A stretch of DNA of 64,000 nt from a bacterium (lineage in GTDB: Bacteria; Armatimonadota; JACIXR01). The stretch is taken from NCBI GenBank assembly GCA_014360465.1, contig JACIXQ010000001.1, positions 35,677-99,676 of the forward strand, written 5' to 3'. Numbering within the stretch: the first letter of the stretch is position 1; each line of letters begins with the position of its first letter. Shown here piece by piece: positions 28,927 to 38,389 of this stretch. The notes below the pieces were generated by a model. That model did not search any database and was not told the origin of the DNA. It saw nothing but the letters and a program-made list of their open reading frames with translations. The position numbers and the translations under genes were made by a program.

Positions 28927-29322
28927 CTATTTCGGAGTAGGTCCTCCCATTGGACCTTTCATCATCCCGGACCCCATCATAGGCATACTGCCAGAAGGGC
29001 CACCACCGCCCATTGGACCTTTCATCATCCCGGGTCCCATCATAGGCATACCGCCAGAAGGGGCACCACCGCCCATTGGACCTTTCATCATCCCGGGTCC
29101 CATCATAGGCATACCACCCGCAGGGGCGTTACCTCCCATCGGACCTTTCATCATCCCGGGTCCCATCATAGGCATATTGCCTGACATTCCGGGCATTCCG
29201 GCGGTAGCTTGGGTGTTAGTAGGAGCAGGAGGCTTTGGAGCGAGCAAAACGACTGCGAGGGTCGCCAGCACACAGATGATGAAGAATATAGCGGAACCTA
29301 TCAGCATTTTATCCGTTTTCAT
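28927..29322 (-). CDS. Small exported or membrane-anchored Met/Gly/Pro-rich repeat protein; putative Cu(I)/Ag(I)-binding periplasmic protein
   Basis: N-terminal hydrophobic signal/anchor, then four copies of ...GGMPMMGPGMMKGPMGG(A/G)(P)S... About 30 Met residues fall within about 100 residues. Confidence 0.6.
   Translation of the reverse strand: MKTDKMLIGSAIFFIICVLATLAVVLLAPKPPAPTNTQATAGMPGMSGNMPMMGPGMMKGPMGGNAPAGGMPMMGPGMMKGPMGGGAPSGGMPMMGPGMMKGPMGGGGPSGSMPMMGSGMMKGPMGGPTPK
28941..29192. repeat. 63-bp direct tandem repeat (about 4 copies), in-frame coding repeat
   Basis: CATTGGACCTTTCATCATCCCGG recurs at 28948, 29011, 29074 and (as CATCGGACC...) 29137, an exact 63-nt (21-codon) period with a few substitutions. 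Confidence 0.8.
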
Positions 29323-29478
29323 TTATAAGGAACCTCCTTTCTTGATATTCAATTTTATTATATACATCGCAAGAATGCTGTCAAACATATATCATCTTGC
29401 AATTCAATGGTGTTCATTTATTCTCCTTCGACTTTTCCTTCTTGAAAAAAATTCCCAATTGCTTTATGCTTTTTACAA

Positions 29479-29878
29479 GATGGATTTATTAGAAAACAGG
29501 AGTAAATTGCTCTCAATCGCTAAAGAGGCGCAAGGAAATTCATTCGCTCCATATTCTGACTTCACCGTGGGGGCAGCGATACTCACAAGGAATGGTAAAA
29601 TCTTTTCGGGATGTAATATTGAGAATGTTTCTTTTGGACTAACGATATGCGCTGAGCGAGTGGCGCTTTTCAAGGCTGTATCTGAAGGGGAGAAGGATTT
29701 CCTCGCCTTAGCCATTTATGCTCCCAAATTAGTTACCCCCTGTGGAGCCTGCCTACAAGTTCTTTCCCAATTCGTCTCCGCTCCAGATGAATTCATAGTC
29801 ATTTCCTCCGATGGGACAGGCAGGATAGGGGAATGGACCCTTTCCCAGTTATTCCCTTTTCCTTTTACGAGTTTTTGA
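29479..29878 (+). CDS. cdd: Cytidine deaminase
   Basis: CAER and PCGACLQ zinc-binding motifs; about 132 aa. The ORF-track N-terminal extension back to 29177 is antisense to the Met-rich gene and is rejected. Confidence 0.85.
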
Positions 29879-29935
29879 CTTTTTCTCCGATGTTATGAAC
29901 TAACTTTACAAACCGAGCTGGGCAGAATTCGTTTA

Positions 29936-32575
29936 TTACTTCAATAATCTGATATAATCTATGGCAATATTAGCCCCTGCGGCGTCTGTTGGGTCAAAGC
30001 GGATTGAAGTTATCGTCCCACGCCATGCGGGATTGGAGGAAAGGTCAAGTTCATAGATATGAAACTCATTGTCGGCTATAAGTTGGAAACGTTGGCTGGT
30101 AAACTCGCTTATCGGAAAAATGCTTGTCGCCCAGAATACTTGTCCTCCGCTTCCTTTGTCCACTTTCATTCTGATAATCATCTTTTTATATTCTTTGGCG
30201 TTTAGATGGACAGGAGGAAGGTTAATGGCAGGGTCATTAGTAGAGGTGCGAAGTATGAGACAGCCATTTTCCAACTTGAACTCGCTTATCCCCATCATGG
30301 CTGACCACCCTTCCAGACCTTCCTCAAATTCCCAGCTATCCTTAGGGGGAGGAAATTCGGCTTCTACCGGTGAGAGCCCTATATCCTGGGGAACTATATC
30401 CAGATGTTCATCTTTGCCGATGAAAACATCTTTTACTGCATCAAGATAAGCGAACCCCCATTCTCTACTTGGCTCTATGTAGGAACCCTCACCCCATTCA
30501 TTCCAGGCTTCTATTATGACCATCTTTCTGAGGTTGTTTTTTTCAACCAGTTCCTTAGCGGCGCGTAGCATTTTTTCAAAAGAAGAGGGAGTGGGGTTGG
30601 TCCGCACGAGTGTATTGGGACCATGCCAGGGTCGGGGGTCCCAACCGGGAGTAGTGGGAACAATGTAATCGTACCCTTTATCAACGATTCCTTTCCAGAT
30701 TCTTTCATACCCTTTTACCAACTCGTCATAGGGGACTCTTTTATCATCGGGACCAGCCCCAGCCCAGGGGTAATTGTAACCCGTCACGGCATCATAACCC
30801 TCTTCCTTCATAACCCGTAAATCCCAATCAGAGTCGTGCATACAGCCAACGATAAAAAGACCATTCAGCCCTTCCTGTTGGCATAGCTCCCTCATTTTTG
30901 TAAATGCTTCTTTGACCCCTTCTACTCCGATGTCGTCCGTTAGCTGGCGAGGTGTGAAAATGAACAAAGTTGGTTTGTTATCAATGCGAAGATAGCTGGG
31001 AAGGCGGAAATAATTATCAATGCAGAAGCGGGTGAGATTTAGAAGGTCGGGTATGGAGGAAGTTTTGGGCGGATTGTGATTCGCCCAGAGCAAGGAGAAT
31101 TTCATCAGGTTTCCATAGCGGGATTTCAGGAAAGCATCGTGAAGACCGTGTTCCAGTATCCTGCTTCCTTGCACCCAGTACCAATCAAATATGAAAAAGG
31201 TTATCCCGTGTTCAAGGCACCATTTTATCTGCCAGTCCATCACTTCCGGATTTCCCTCCTTATAGTATCCAAGCAAGGGTTTGCGTCCCCAATTTTTTAT
31301 CGGGAGCCAGTTGGAGGCACTTGGCCAGCCAGGGAAATAATAAACTCCAACTTCCCATTCGCTTCTCCTTATCTTGGGCTCGGGGGGATAATCGGAGGGT
31401 GTTAGCGAGGGGTTGCGAGTAATTTTTAAAGTTGATGTAATTTCCTTGGCGAATTGACCAGTAGAAATTTTTGCGGATATCTTGAAATTGCCGATTTTAT
31501 CGCAAATGGCTTTCCATTGAAGGAATCCGGATTCACCGAAATCCAAATCTGAGAGTGTCTTTGAGGAGGAGTCATTCAAAAGCTTTATCTCTTTGGGAAG
31601 CTTAAGCGTTACCTTTACCGTTTTTAAGGGTTTTCCCGTATTTTTCAGGTGAAGTATTATAGAAAAAGGTTTACCAGCTCTTGCTATGCCATCAACACCG
31701 AAATAGGGCACGAGGACTTCTTCCCCTTGGGGTTCAGTGCCAATTTCTAAATCGCTCAATTCCCCTTCTCCCTCGCAGTGCCGCAGGACGAGGAGGGCTG
31801 ATGAAACATCCCCAATCCATCCGGGGAATATGTTATAGTAGTGGGGCTGACCATCGGGAATCAAATCAAAGGCGTAAGATTTTCTTTCGTTTCCTTCCTG
31901 ATAAATTATCTCTCCATAGCAATTCTCTCGCTGTGTTTTCAGCTTGAGACAGAAAGATAGAAGAGGGGATTTGGAACCTTGGAAGGGGGTTATGAAGGGA
32001 AGCACCCCCGCTTCATCGGCTATAATTTCGAATTGGATTGCTTTATCCGAAGCTTTTTTGAGCTCCAATCCTTCAAAGATACCCCATTTGCCCCGTGCTA
32101 AGGGTTGGATTTCCCTAATTTGGATATATTCTATCTGGAAAGTGGCGCCGTCGGGAGGGTCAAGACGAAGGTGGATTATCTTCCCTTCACCTTCCCAGAA
32201 CGGAATAAGACGATAGATATGGAACTCGTTATCTCCTTTGACATAGAAATCGTTGCGTTTTCCTGGTCGGAAGCCGCCATATGGTTCCTCAAGGGTTCCC
32301 GACCAGAAAAGCTGAGCCAAACCATCTCTATCGCTTCTCATCTTTATCTCTATGACCTGGCGATTATTGGCTTTTAAGGCAAATAGGGGGGAGTAAATCT
32401 GTGGGTCATCACCGACACATTTCCCTGTCAGATAGGAATTTTCAACTCTCAAATTTGCTATGCTTTGATTTGCTTTCCAGCCATCCAATGTTTTGAAATC
32501 GAAAGATAGCGATGTGCTTTCCTGCGCAAGGCTGAAAAACGATATGAAGATGAGAAATGGTAAGCCCTTTCCCAT
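29936..32575 (-). CDS. Secreted glycoside hydrolase-like protein (WbsX / GH99 / GH71-clan TIM barrel) flanked by homologous N- and C-terminal beta-sandwich modules
   Basis: Signal peptide. The central domain carries EAWNEWGEGSYIEP (the NEW[GH]EG motif of the WbsX/GH99-like clan). The N-terminal segment (NEFHIYRLIP...FQIEYIQIRE) and the C-terminal segment (NEFHIYELDL...IAIDYIRLLK) are clearly related to each other. Confidence 0.5.
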   Translation of the reverse strand: MGKGLPFLIFISFFSLAQESTSLSFDFKTLDGWKANQSIANLRVENSYLTGKCVGDDPQIYSPLFALKANNRQVIEIKMRSDRDGLAQLFWSGTLEEPYGGFRPGKRNDFYVKGDNEFHIYRLIPFWEGEGKIIHLRLDPPDGATFQIEYIQIREIQPLARGKWGIFEGLELKKASDKAIQFEIIADEAGVLPFITPFQGSKSPLLSFCLKLKTQRENCYGEIIYQEGNERKSYAFDLIPDGQPHYYNIFPGWIGDVSSALLVLRHCEGEGELSDLEIGTEPQGEEVLVPYFGVDGIARAGKPFSIILHLKNTGKPLKTVKVTLKLPKEIKLLNDSSSKTLSDLDFGESGFLQWKAICDKIGNFKISAKISTGQFAKEITSTLKITRNPSLTPSDYPPEPKIRRSEWEVGVYYFPGWPSASNWLPIKNWGRKPLLGYYKEGNPEVMDWQIKWCLEHGITFFIFDWYWVQGSRILEHGLHDAFLKSRYGNLMKFSLLWANHNPPKTSSIPDLLNLTRFCIDNYFRLPSYLRIDNKPTLFIFTPRQLTDDIGVEGVKEAFTKMRELCQQEGLNGLFIVGCMHDSDWDLRVMKEEGYDAVTGYNYPWAGAGPDDKRVPYDELVKGYERIWKGIVDKGYDYIVPTTPGWDPRPWHGPNTLVRTNPTPSSFEKMLRAAKELVEKNNLRKMVIIEAWNEWGEGSYIEPSREWGFAYLDAVKDVFIGKDEHLDIVPQDIGLSPVEAEFPPPKDSWEFEEGLEGWSAMMGISEFKLENGCLILRTSTNDPAINLPPVHLNAKEYKKMIIRMKVDKGSGGQVFWATSIFPISEFTSQRFQLIADNEFHIYELDLSSNPAWRGTITSIRFDPTDAAGANIAIDYIRLLK

Positions 32576-32577
32576 AA

Positions 32578-32784
32578 TCAGTCGCTCCTTTCATCTTCTT
32601 CAACAAACATTTGTGGTATACCATCCACGAGAGGATATTCCCTCCCGCACTTTACACAGAAAAGAAGCTTTTCACCCTCATCCAAAACTATATCCCCATA
32701 ACAGGCAGGACAACGTAGGAGTTTAGTGAAGTGTTCTTCTAACCTCATCAGAATAAGTTTAGCAGGATTGACAAGGCAATACAA
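32578..32784 (-). CDS. Trm112-like (DUF343) small zinc-ribbon-like protein
   Basis: LLRCPACYGDIVLDEGEKLLFCVKCGREYPLVDGIPQMFVEE matches the Trm112/YcaR pattern (C..C...C..C, YP..DGIP). Confidence 0.6.
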   Translation of the reverse strand: MYCLVNPAKLILMRLEEHFTKLLRCPACYGDIVLDEGEKLLFCVKCGREYPLVDGIPQMFVEEDERSD

Positions 32785-32841
32785 GGGAGCTCCAGAAATT
32801 AATCTGGGAGGGAAGCCTATAGGCTTCCCTCCCAGACGACT

Positions 32842-33618
32842 CTATAGACCGAATATATCGTTTGGGCAGAAGCGAATTGTGCCTCCTTTGAAGCGGAACT
32901 TCAGCTGGGGAACGGAATACCATTTGGCGTGCCCATCGGCAAAGACAAGGTTTGAGCCACCTGTATGTCTGCTGAAACGTTTGATTGCTTCATCCAGATT
33001 ATGAATTACCGGTGGACAACAGGTAAGGACGGAAGGGTCGTTCCAGCCCGGACCGGGGTTGGTGAAAGATAGCCAAATGGAGATGCCTGTAGCCCCATCA
33101 TAGGCGGCGCCCAAAACAGCATGTCTGCCATCGGCTATCACCACCGTCTCCGCTGGGGCAGCTATGGCAGCAAGCTTTGCGGTGGAAGCATTGCCCCTTC
33201 CACACCAGTTAAGGGGGTTCATTATCCTCTCGTTATAGCCGTAATCAAGAGGATGTGAGTTTTGTGGTCTTCCCCATCGCTGTGGATAACAAATGCTGAC
33301 CCCGGTTCTTTCCGGGCTGAGGGAGCTGGGGCATTCAAAGACCTGCCAGTTCTTCGTATAAGGGGCAAGTTGTTCCCACCAGGCTAATCCTCCGTCGTCG
33401 TGTCCCCAACAGGGCCAGTGCCAGGTAGGAAGCACTTCATCCCAATCTTGCGCATACATCATCAACGCGGTTCCTATCTGTTTCGTGTTAGATAGGCAAG
33501 CGGATTTTCTCGCTTGTTCCCTGGCACGGGAAAAAACGGGAAAGAGAATTGCCGCCAGGATCGCGATAATCGCGATCACGACGAGCAATTCTATCAAAGT
33601 AAACCCCCTTCTTTTCAT
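32842..33618 (-). CDS. DUF1559 / prepilin-type N-terminal cleavage-methylation domain protein (H-X9-DG family)
   Basis: [34 protein letters not shown] leader/helix and the C-terminal [17 protein letters not shown] motif. Confidence 0.8.
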   Translation of the reverse strand: MKRRGFTLIELLVVIAIIAILAAILFPVFSRAREQARKSACLSNTKQIGTALMMYAQDWDEVLPTWHWPCWGHDDGGLAWWEQLAPYTKNWQVFECPSSLSPERTGVSICYPQRWGRPQNSHPLDYGYNERIMNPLNWCGRGNASTAKLAAIAAPAETVVIADGRHAVLGAAYDGATGISIWLSFTNPGPGWNDPSVLTCCPPVIHNLDEAIKRFSRHTGGSNLVFADGHAKWYSVPQLKFRFKGGTIRFCPNDIFGL

Positions 33619-33797
33619 CTACTATCACCTCCTTTTTAATTTTTGAAATTTAAGAATTTTTCGCGAGCTACTTGCGGACAATCAATTTTCATCACCTCTT
33701 TCCGTTTATAGTATATTAAACTCTTTTAATATTAGTCAATACTTATGTGAAGGATTGCTTGAGATTTCTTTAAGGTTTATGATTAAATTAGCATATA

Positions 33798-34391
33798 ATG
33801 AAGAAGCTGGAGAAGGAAGAAGAGCAAAGATTAATTAAAAATTGTCTTGCGGGAGAGAGGGACGCACTGGAGGAGTTCATTAGGCTCTTCCAGAAACCCG
33901 TTTTCAATCTCGCCTACAGATTGTGTGGTGATAGGGATATGGCTGAGGATATAGCGCAGGAAGCCCTGCTCCGTGCTTTGGAGAATCTCCCTCGTTTCAA
34001 GGGGGAATCTTCTCTTTACACTTGGTTATATCGTATAACAACTAATATTTTTTATGACAGCATAAGGGGGAGCAAGGAGCTCTCCTATGACCAGATGAGC
34101 TATAACGAGGATGAGGGTGAAACGAAATCTATTGAGCTACCGGATGAGGAATCCTCTGTAGAGAAGGATATGGAGAGGAGAGATATACAGGAGATAGTAC
34201 AGAAGGAGATCGCGAAGCTTCCAACCCATTATCGCACTGTTCTGGTCCTTTATGATATAGAAGGTTTTTCTTATGAGGAGATATGCGGGATATTGCAAAA
34301 ACCGATTGGGACGATAAAATCTCGTTTGAACAGGGCTCGTAAGATTTTGAAGGCAAGATTGGAAAAATATCGGGAACTTTTTGAGGACTAA
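33798..34391 (+). CDS. ECF (group IV) RNA polymerase sigma-70 factor
   Basis: Region 2 (DIAQEALLRALENLPRF...YTWLYRITTN) and region 4 HTH (VLVLYDIEGFSYEEICGILQKPIGTIKSRLNRARKIL). Confidence 0.9.
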   Translation: MKKLEKEEEQRLIKNCLAGERDALEEFIRLFQKPVFNLAYRLCGDRDMAEDIAQEALLRALENLPRFKGESSLYTWLYRITTNIFYDSIRGSKELSYDQMSYNEDEGETKSIELPDEESSVEKDMERRDIQEIVQKEIAKLPTHYRTVLVLYDIEGFSYEEICGILQKPIGTIKSRLNRARKILKARLEKYRELFED

Positions 34392-34410
34392 AAATGTCTA
34401 ATCATTTGAA

Positions 34411-35382
34411 ATGAAGTGCGACCGAGTCAAAGAGCTATTGTTAGATTATCTGAATGGCGACCTATCGGCGCCAGAGAAGCTCCTCGTTGATGAACATATC
34501 GGCATTTGTCCTTCTTGTAGAGAGGAGCTGAGAAAATTGGAGAAGATGAGGCACCTCCTCTCTTCTCTTAAGCCAATTGAACCACCCCCTTATTTTACCC
34601 AGAAGGTAATAGCAAATTATTACGCGAGAAAAGAGAGAAAAGCGCACCCTCTGCGTGTTTTCTTTTTCGGTGGGTTGAAACCAAGCAGGGCATTTGCCTA
34701 CGCAGGGTTCGCCATATTCCTTATTTTCGCTTTTGCATACCTTTCCCTTTCACCCTGGTGGGGTAAAGCGAGGCAGGCGGTAGTTCCTTCTATTCCGACT
34801 TTGAAGAGGGCGCCATCTATAATCTCGGCGAAAGGTATTGGTAAAATTCTTGTTCTTCCCCAAACTACAACACCCGACGCTCAGGGAAGAATCAGGATTG
34901 AGATAATGGTTTATCCACCTTCTCCACAGGAGAAGGTTTGGTTGAGTCTCCTGCTTTCCCAAGGGATGGTTTTTGCCAGTGAGAATCCTCTCCTTCCCCA
35001 TCAGAAAGACTACTACATCGGAAAATTGAGTAGCCCTGTCTCTTTCTGGACGGATGTCCAGGTCTCCTCTCAGGGAGTCCAATGGATAAGGGTATCCTGC
35101 CAGAGTGGTAATCACAAGTGGGCAGAAGGACTCCTCTTCCTCCCCATAGGAATAAAACCATCTCCTTTCGTTTCCCTCTCCCAAAGCGATATAGATGCCA
35201 TATCGCTTCTCGCGCTTCTATGCGAGCGAACTGGAAAACCTCTGGCATTGTCAGTGCCACTATCTTCAAAGTTGAATTTCTCCTACCAGGGAGACGCAGA
35301 AGGGGCAATTCACCATTACGCTTCCCTTTTAGGGTTGACCGCATTAAAATATAATGGCGGTTTCATAATAGAGATTCCCTGA
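34411..35382 (+). CDS. Anti-sigma factor with N-terminal zf-HC2 zinc finger, one TM segment and a periplasmic domain
   Basis: The H..C..C signature (DEHIGICPSCREEL), a TM helix around residues 95-115, and its position immediately downstream of the ECF sigma. Confidence 0.7.
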   Translation: MKCDRVKELLLDYLNGDLSAPEKLLVDEHIGICPSCREELRKLEKMRHLLSSLKPIEPPPYFTQKVIANYYARKERKAHPLRVFFFGGLKPSRAFAYAGFAIFLIFAFAYLSLSPWWGKARQAVVPSIPTLKRAPSIISAKGIGKILVLPQTTTPDAQGRIRIEIMVYPPSPQEKVWLSLLLSQGMVFASENPLLPHQKDYYIGKLSSPVSFWTDVQVSSQGVQWIRVSCQSGNHKWAEGLLFLPIGIKPSPFVSLSQSDIDAISLLALLCERTGKPLALSVPLSSKLNFSYQGDAEGAIHHYASLLGLTALKYNGGFIIEIP

Positions 35383-35417
35383 AAAGCAAAAAGCCCTAAA
35401 AGGAGGGATTGCTTGAA

Positions 35418-36401
35418 ATGAAAAAGCTTTTCATCTTCTGTCTGCTTTGGAGCGTGGTTTTTCCCCAGGTTATCATCAAGCAGGTAAATTATAATGGGTG
35501 GCCTCACGCAGTTATGCTGCAGAAGGATGACAGCAGGCTCGTAATTGCTCCGGGTATAGGAGGGAGGATAATGGAGTTTTCTTTGAGGGGGCTAAACCCG
35601 ATTTGGCAAAACCCCGAGGAGTTTGGCAAAACCTATCCCATAAGCGATGTCTGGCATAACTATGGAGGTTACAAAATCTGGAACGCTCCTCAAGCCGTAT
35701 GGGGTTGGCCTCCTGACCCATTCCTTGACTATGGCAAGGCGAGTGTGGAGATAATTAAGGACGGTGTGAGGGTTTATGGTGCCCCTTCCTTAAAGGCAGG
35801 AATTATGTTTATAAAGGAGATAACCTTTCTTGAAAGAGGAAGGATAAAGATAGTTCAGAGGATGAGAAACATCTCGGGTCGGGAAGTCAGATGGAGCATT
35901 TGGGATGTAACCCAGGTATCAACCCCTTGCTTCGTCGTCTTCCCTGCGGAGAAAAATTCCAAGTTTCCAGAAGGATTGTATTTCTTTGACGAACCATCAC
36001 GCAAAAGCTCCCAATGGAAAATTAAAAACGGACTCGTGATAGTTGAATATAAGGGTGAGACAGGAAAAATAGGGTTGGATAGTTCCTCAAACTGGATGCT
36101 TTATCTTAAGAATAACCTCGCCTATGTGAAACGATTTCCAATCTTTAAGGGAGCGGATTATCCCGACGAGGGTTGTTCTGTTGAGGTTTATACTAATTCC
36201 AAAGAGCTTCCTTACTTGGAGATGGAGGTTCTGAGCCCCCTGGTCAGTTTGAAACCTGGTGAGGAATACAGCTTCTGGGAAGAATGGTCGCTCTGGATAC
36301 TTTCCCATCCTGTCAAAGTGGAGGGAGATATACCAGGAGCGATTAGGGAGCTTGCACTTGCAGGTATACTCCCTATAGACGCTTTTAAATATCTTCCCTA
36401 A
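35418..36401 (+). CDS. Secreted hypothetical protein (third gene of the ECF module)
   Basis: Signal peptide (MKKLFIFCLLWSVVFPQ). No recognisable catalytic motif. ATG at 35418 with a GGAGGG RBS. Confidence 0.4.
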   Translation: MKKLFIFCLLWSVVFPQVIIKQVNYNGWPHAVMLQKDDSRLVIAPGIGGRIMEFSLRGLNPIWQNPEEFGKTYPISDVWHNYGGYKIWNAPQAVWGWPPDPFLDYGKASVEIIKDGVRVYGAPSLKAGIMFIKEITFLERGRIKIVQRMRNISGREVRWSIWDVTQVSTPCFVVFPAEKNSKFPEGLYFFDEPSRKSSQWKIKNGLVIVEYKGETGKIGLDSSSNWMLYLKNNLAYVKRFPIFKGADYPDEGCSVEVYTNSKELPYLEMEVLSPLVSLKPGEEYSFWEEWSLWILSHPVKVEGDIPGAIRELALAGILPIDAFKYLP

Positions 36402-38389
36402 GGTTGCAATAGCAGAGCGAAGAGGGCGCCAAGGACGGGGCGGGCGGCGAAACCGACGACCTTCCCCGTTTGGGTATCATACCAATCGGTGAAGGGAACT
36501 TTGTCGGGTGTCTCCTTGACGAATCTCACAAGCGATTGCAACAGTTTTTCCCTTTTTGCCTTATCGTCGCTCATAAAGGCAACCCACGATAACCAATCTG
36601 CTTTCGTGTAAGTGAACCTTTCATCAAGAGGCACCCCAAATTTATTGAGCTTTGTTAGGTAAAAATCTATCTCCCTGTTGATAATATCCTTGGGGAAGAT
36701 ATCTGCCCCTGCAAGCCTTGCGTAGAATATGTTGTATTTTAGCGACCAAGTTTCCGGCTTCCCATACACTCTGGAGAGATGAGTGCCAGCGTCAGAAGAC
36801 TTCAACCAGAAATCAAGCATCTTTTTCGCCTTTTCGGCATAGTTGTGGGCATCTTCTGCCCTACCGAGTTTATGGCAGATTTGGGAAAAAGCCTGCACGC
36901 CAGCGCTTGCCTTGGCAGCGAGATTGACATTAAGGGCGGAAGGTCCTGTGAAATCATCTGTGCAAAGCTGTTCTTCCGGCTCAATTCCCTTCTCAACGAG
37001 ATAATCAGCCCATTTCTTCAAAGTATCAAAGTGTTCTCTAAGCAGGGAGGTATCCCCGCTAAATCTGGCGTAGGCGGAACTCATAAGGAGCATATTTCCC
37101 GATTCTTCAATCGGCATTGGCGCACCGTAAGACTGAAGTAGAGCCACCGGATAGCGACCCAAATCGTGGGGAGCAAATGGCTCCTTCCACTCCTGGCTTT
37201 CGCTGACCTTGAATATTGGTTCCAACTGCATTTTGAGGAGCTCGGGGTTGAAGACAAGGAAGAAGGGCGAGGCGGGGAAAATCACATCCACAGTTTGAAT
37301 AAAACTCCCGCTACTTATTTCTTTCATAAACATAAATTTACCGTTTTCATTGTAAACGAGCTCGCAGGCTCCCAGAACCTGCCGATAGGCGAGGGAGAGA
37401 AGAGTTGCGTAATCTTGACCTCCTACCTTAACCGCTCTTTCTTGGAGTTGGCTATCAAATTTAGAGAGGGCTGAAGCGATAGATGGGAATTCATCCCAGG
37501 CGAAGCGGAGCATATCCTCCCAGTTTTCAAAATAGCTCTTCCAGATAGGGAAGTACACCTCGTTTGCAAAACCGATGGAGACTTCCCTTATATGCCCGAT
37601 AACGAGCTTAATCGTTTGGGGTTGGCTACCAACTTTTCCTAAATCGAACTGAAAAGCGAATACTGGCCAGTTATCGTTTATCGCTCTTGGTTGATGCAAA
37701 TCTATGCGATTCTCCAGCTTTTCACCTCTGAGGAACTTCGGTCTCAACTGGCTATCCGGTCCAGCTTCCCAATTCGTTGCTTCTTCTGTGCACCAGATGG
37801 GGAAGCCCCAATCGGCGTAATCGTTGACCTCCTGGAGGATGCTCGGGTTGGCTAATTGGATTTTATAAGCTACAAGTTCTCCTTTCCGGGTTCTAATGTT
37901 TCTCTTTTCCCATACGACCTTTTTATTCTGGTCGCCTCCTGCCCATTCGGCTGAAATGTCAAAATAGAGTTGGATATTATGGGGGTTTTTATCCAGAGAT
38001 TTGACACTGGCAATTATGTAGGAAATGGGAAGGGAAAGTATCTTGTAGTCGTTTGGCAGAGCAGGGGTGAGAAAGGTCAACTCCAAACGAATAGATTCAT
38101 TTTCGAAGGATACAATCGTTCGTGTGGGACGGATTTCCACTTCCTTCTGGGGTAGCGTGGGAATATCTGTATACTGCCCTGCGAGACCCATAAATTTATA
38201 GGGTTTTTCGTCTATCCTTATCATACCGGCGATAGCCTTTATCCCGCCGCTCCAGTGTCTTGCCCAATCAGATGAAAGTTCATCTGCCATCTGCCAGACA
38301 TTTAGATAGGGGTCCTTTACGATCAATGGTATCGCCGGCATCGCTCTCAGCATGGCGATGGCAACCAACATTAGATACAGGATTTTCAT
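36398..38389 (-). CDS. Secreted glutaminase-A-like / DUF4965-DUF1793-type six-hairpin glycosidase-like protein
   Basis: Signal peptide (MKILYLMLVAIAML), with the likely start at 38389 (ATGA overlap with the GH116 stop). A long alpha/alpha-toroid-like C-terminal region. Family assignment is by overall resemblance only. Confidence 0.4.
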   Translation of the reverse strand: MKILYLMLVAIAMLRAMPAIPLIVKDPYLNVWQMADELSSDWARHWSGGIKAIAGMIRIDEKPYKFMGLAGQYTDIPTLPQKEVEIRPTRTIVSFENESIRLELTFLTPALPNDYKILSLPISYIIASVKSLDKNPHNIQLYFDISAEWAGGDQNKKVVWEKRNIRTRKGELVAYKIQLANPSILQEVNDYADWGFPIWCTEEATNWEAGPDSQLRPKFLRGEKLENRIDLHQPRAINDNWPVFAFQFDLGKVGSQPQTIKLVIGHIREVSIGFANEVYFPIWKSYFENWEDMLRFAWDEFPSIASALSKFDSQLQERAVKVGGQDYATLLSLAYRQVLGACELVYNENGKFMFMKEISSGSFIQTVDVIFPASPFFLVFNPELLKMQLEPIFKVSESQEWKEPFAPHDLGRYPVALLQSYGAPMPIEESGNMLLMSSAYARFSGDTSLLREHFDTLKKWADYLVEKGIEPEEQLCTDDFTGPSALNVNLAAKASAGVQAFSQICHKLGRAEDAHNYAEKAKKMLDFWLKSSDAGTHLSRVYGKPETWSLKYNIFYARLAGADIFPKDIINREIDFYLTKLNKFGVPLDERFTYTKADWLSWVAFMSDDKAKREKLLQSLVRFVKETPDKVPFTDWYDTQTGKVVGFAARPVLGALFALLLQP

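Noticed and set aside
28941-29192. CRISPR-like regular repeat spacing
   Set aside because: The 63-bp units are contiguous, with no spacers, and sit in frame inside a CDS where they encode the Met-rich peptide repeat. There are no cas genes. This is a coding tandem repeat.
29177-29478. N-terminal 100-codon extension of the cdd ORF
   Set aside because: The extension is antisense to the Met-rich repeat gene and unrelated to cytidine deaminases. The conserved cdd sequence begins at the Met at 29479.
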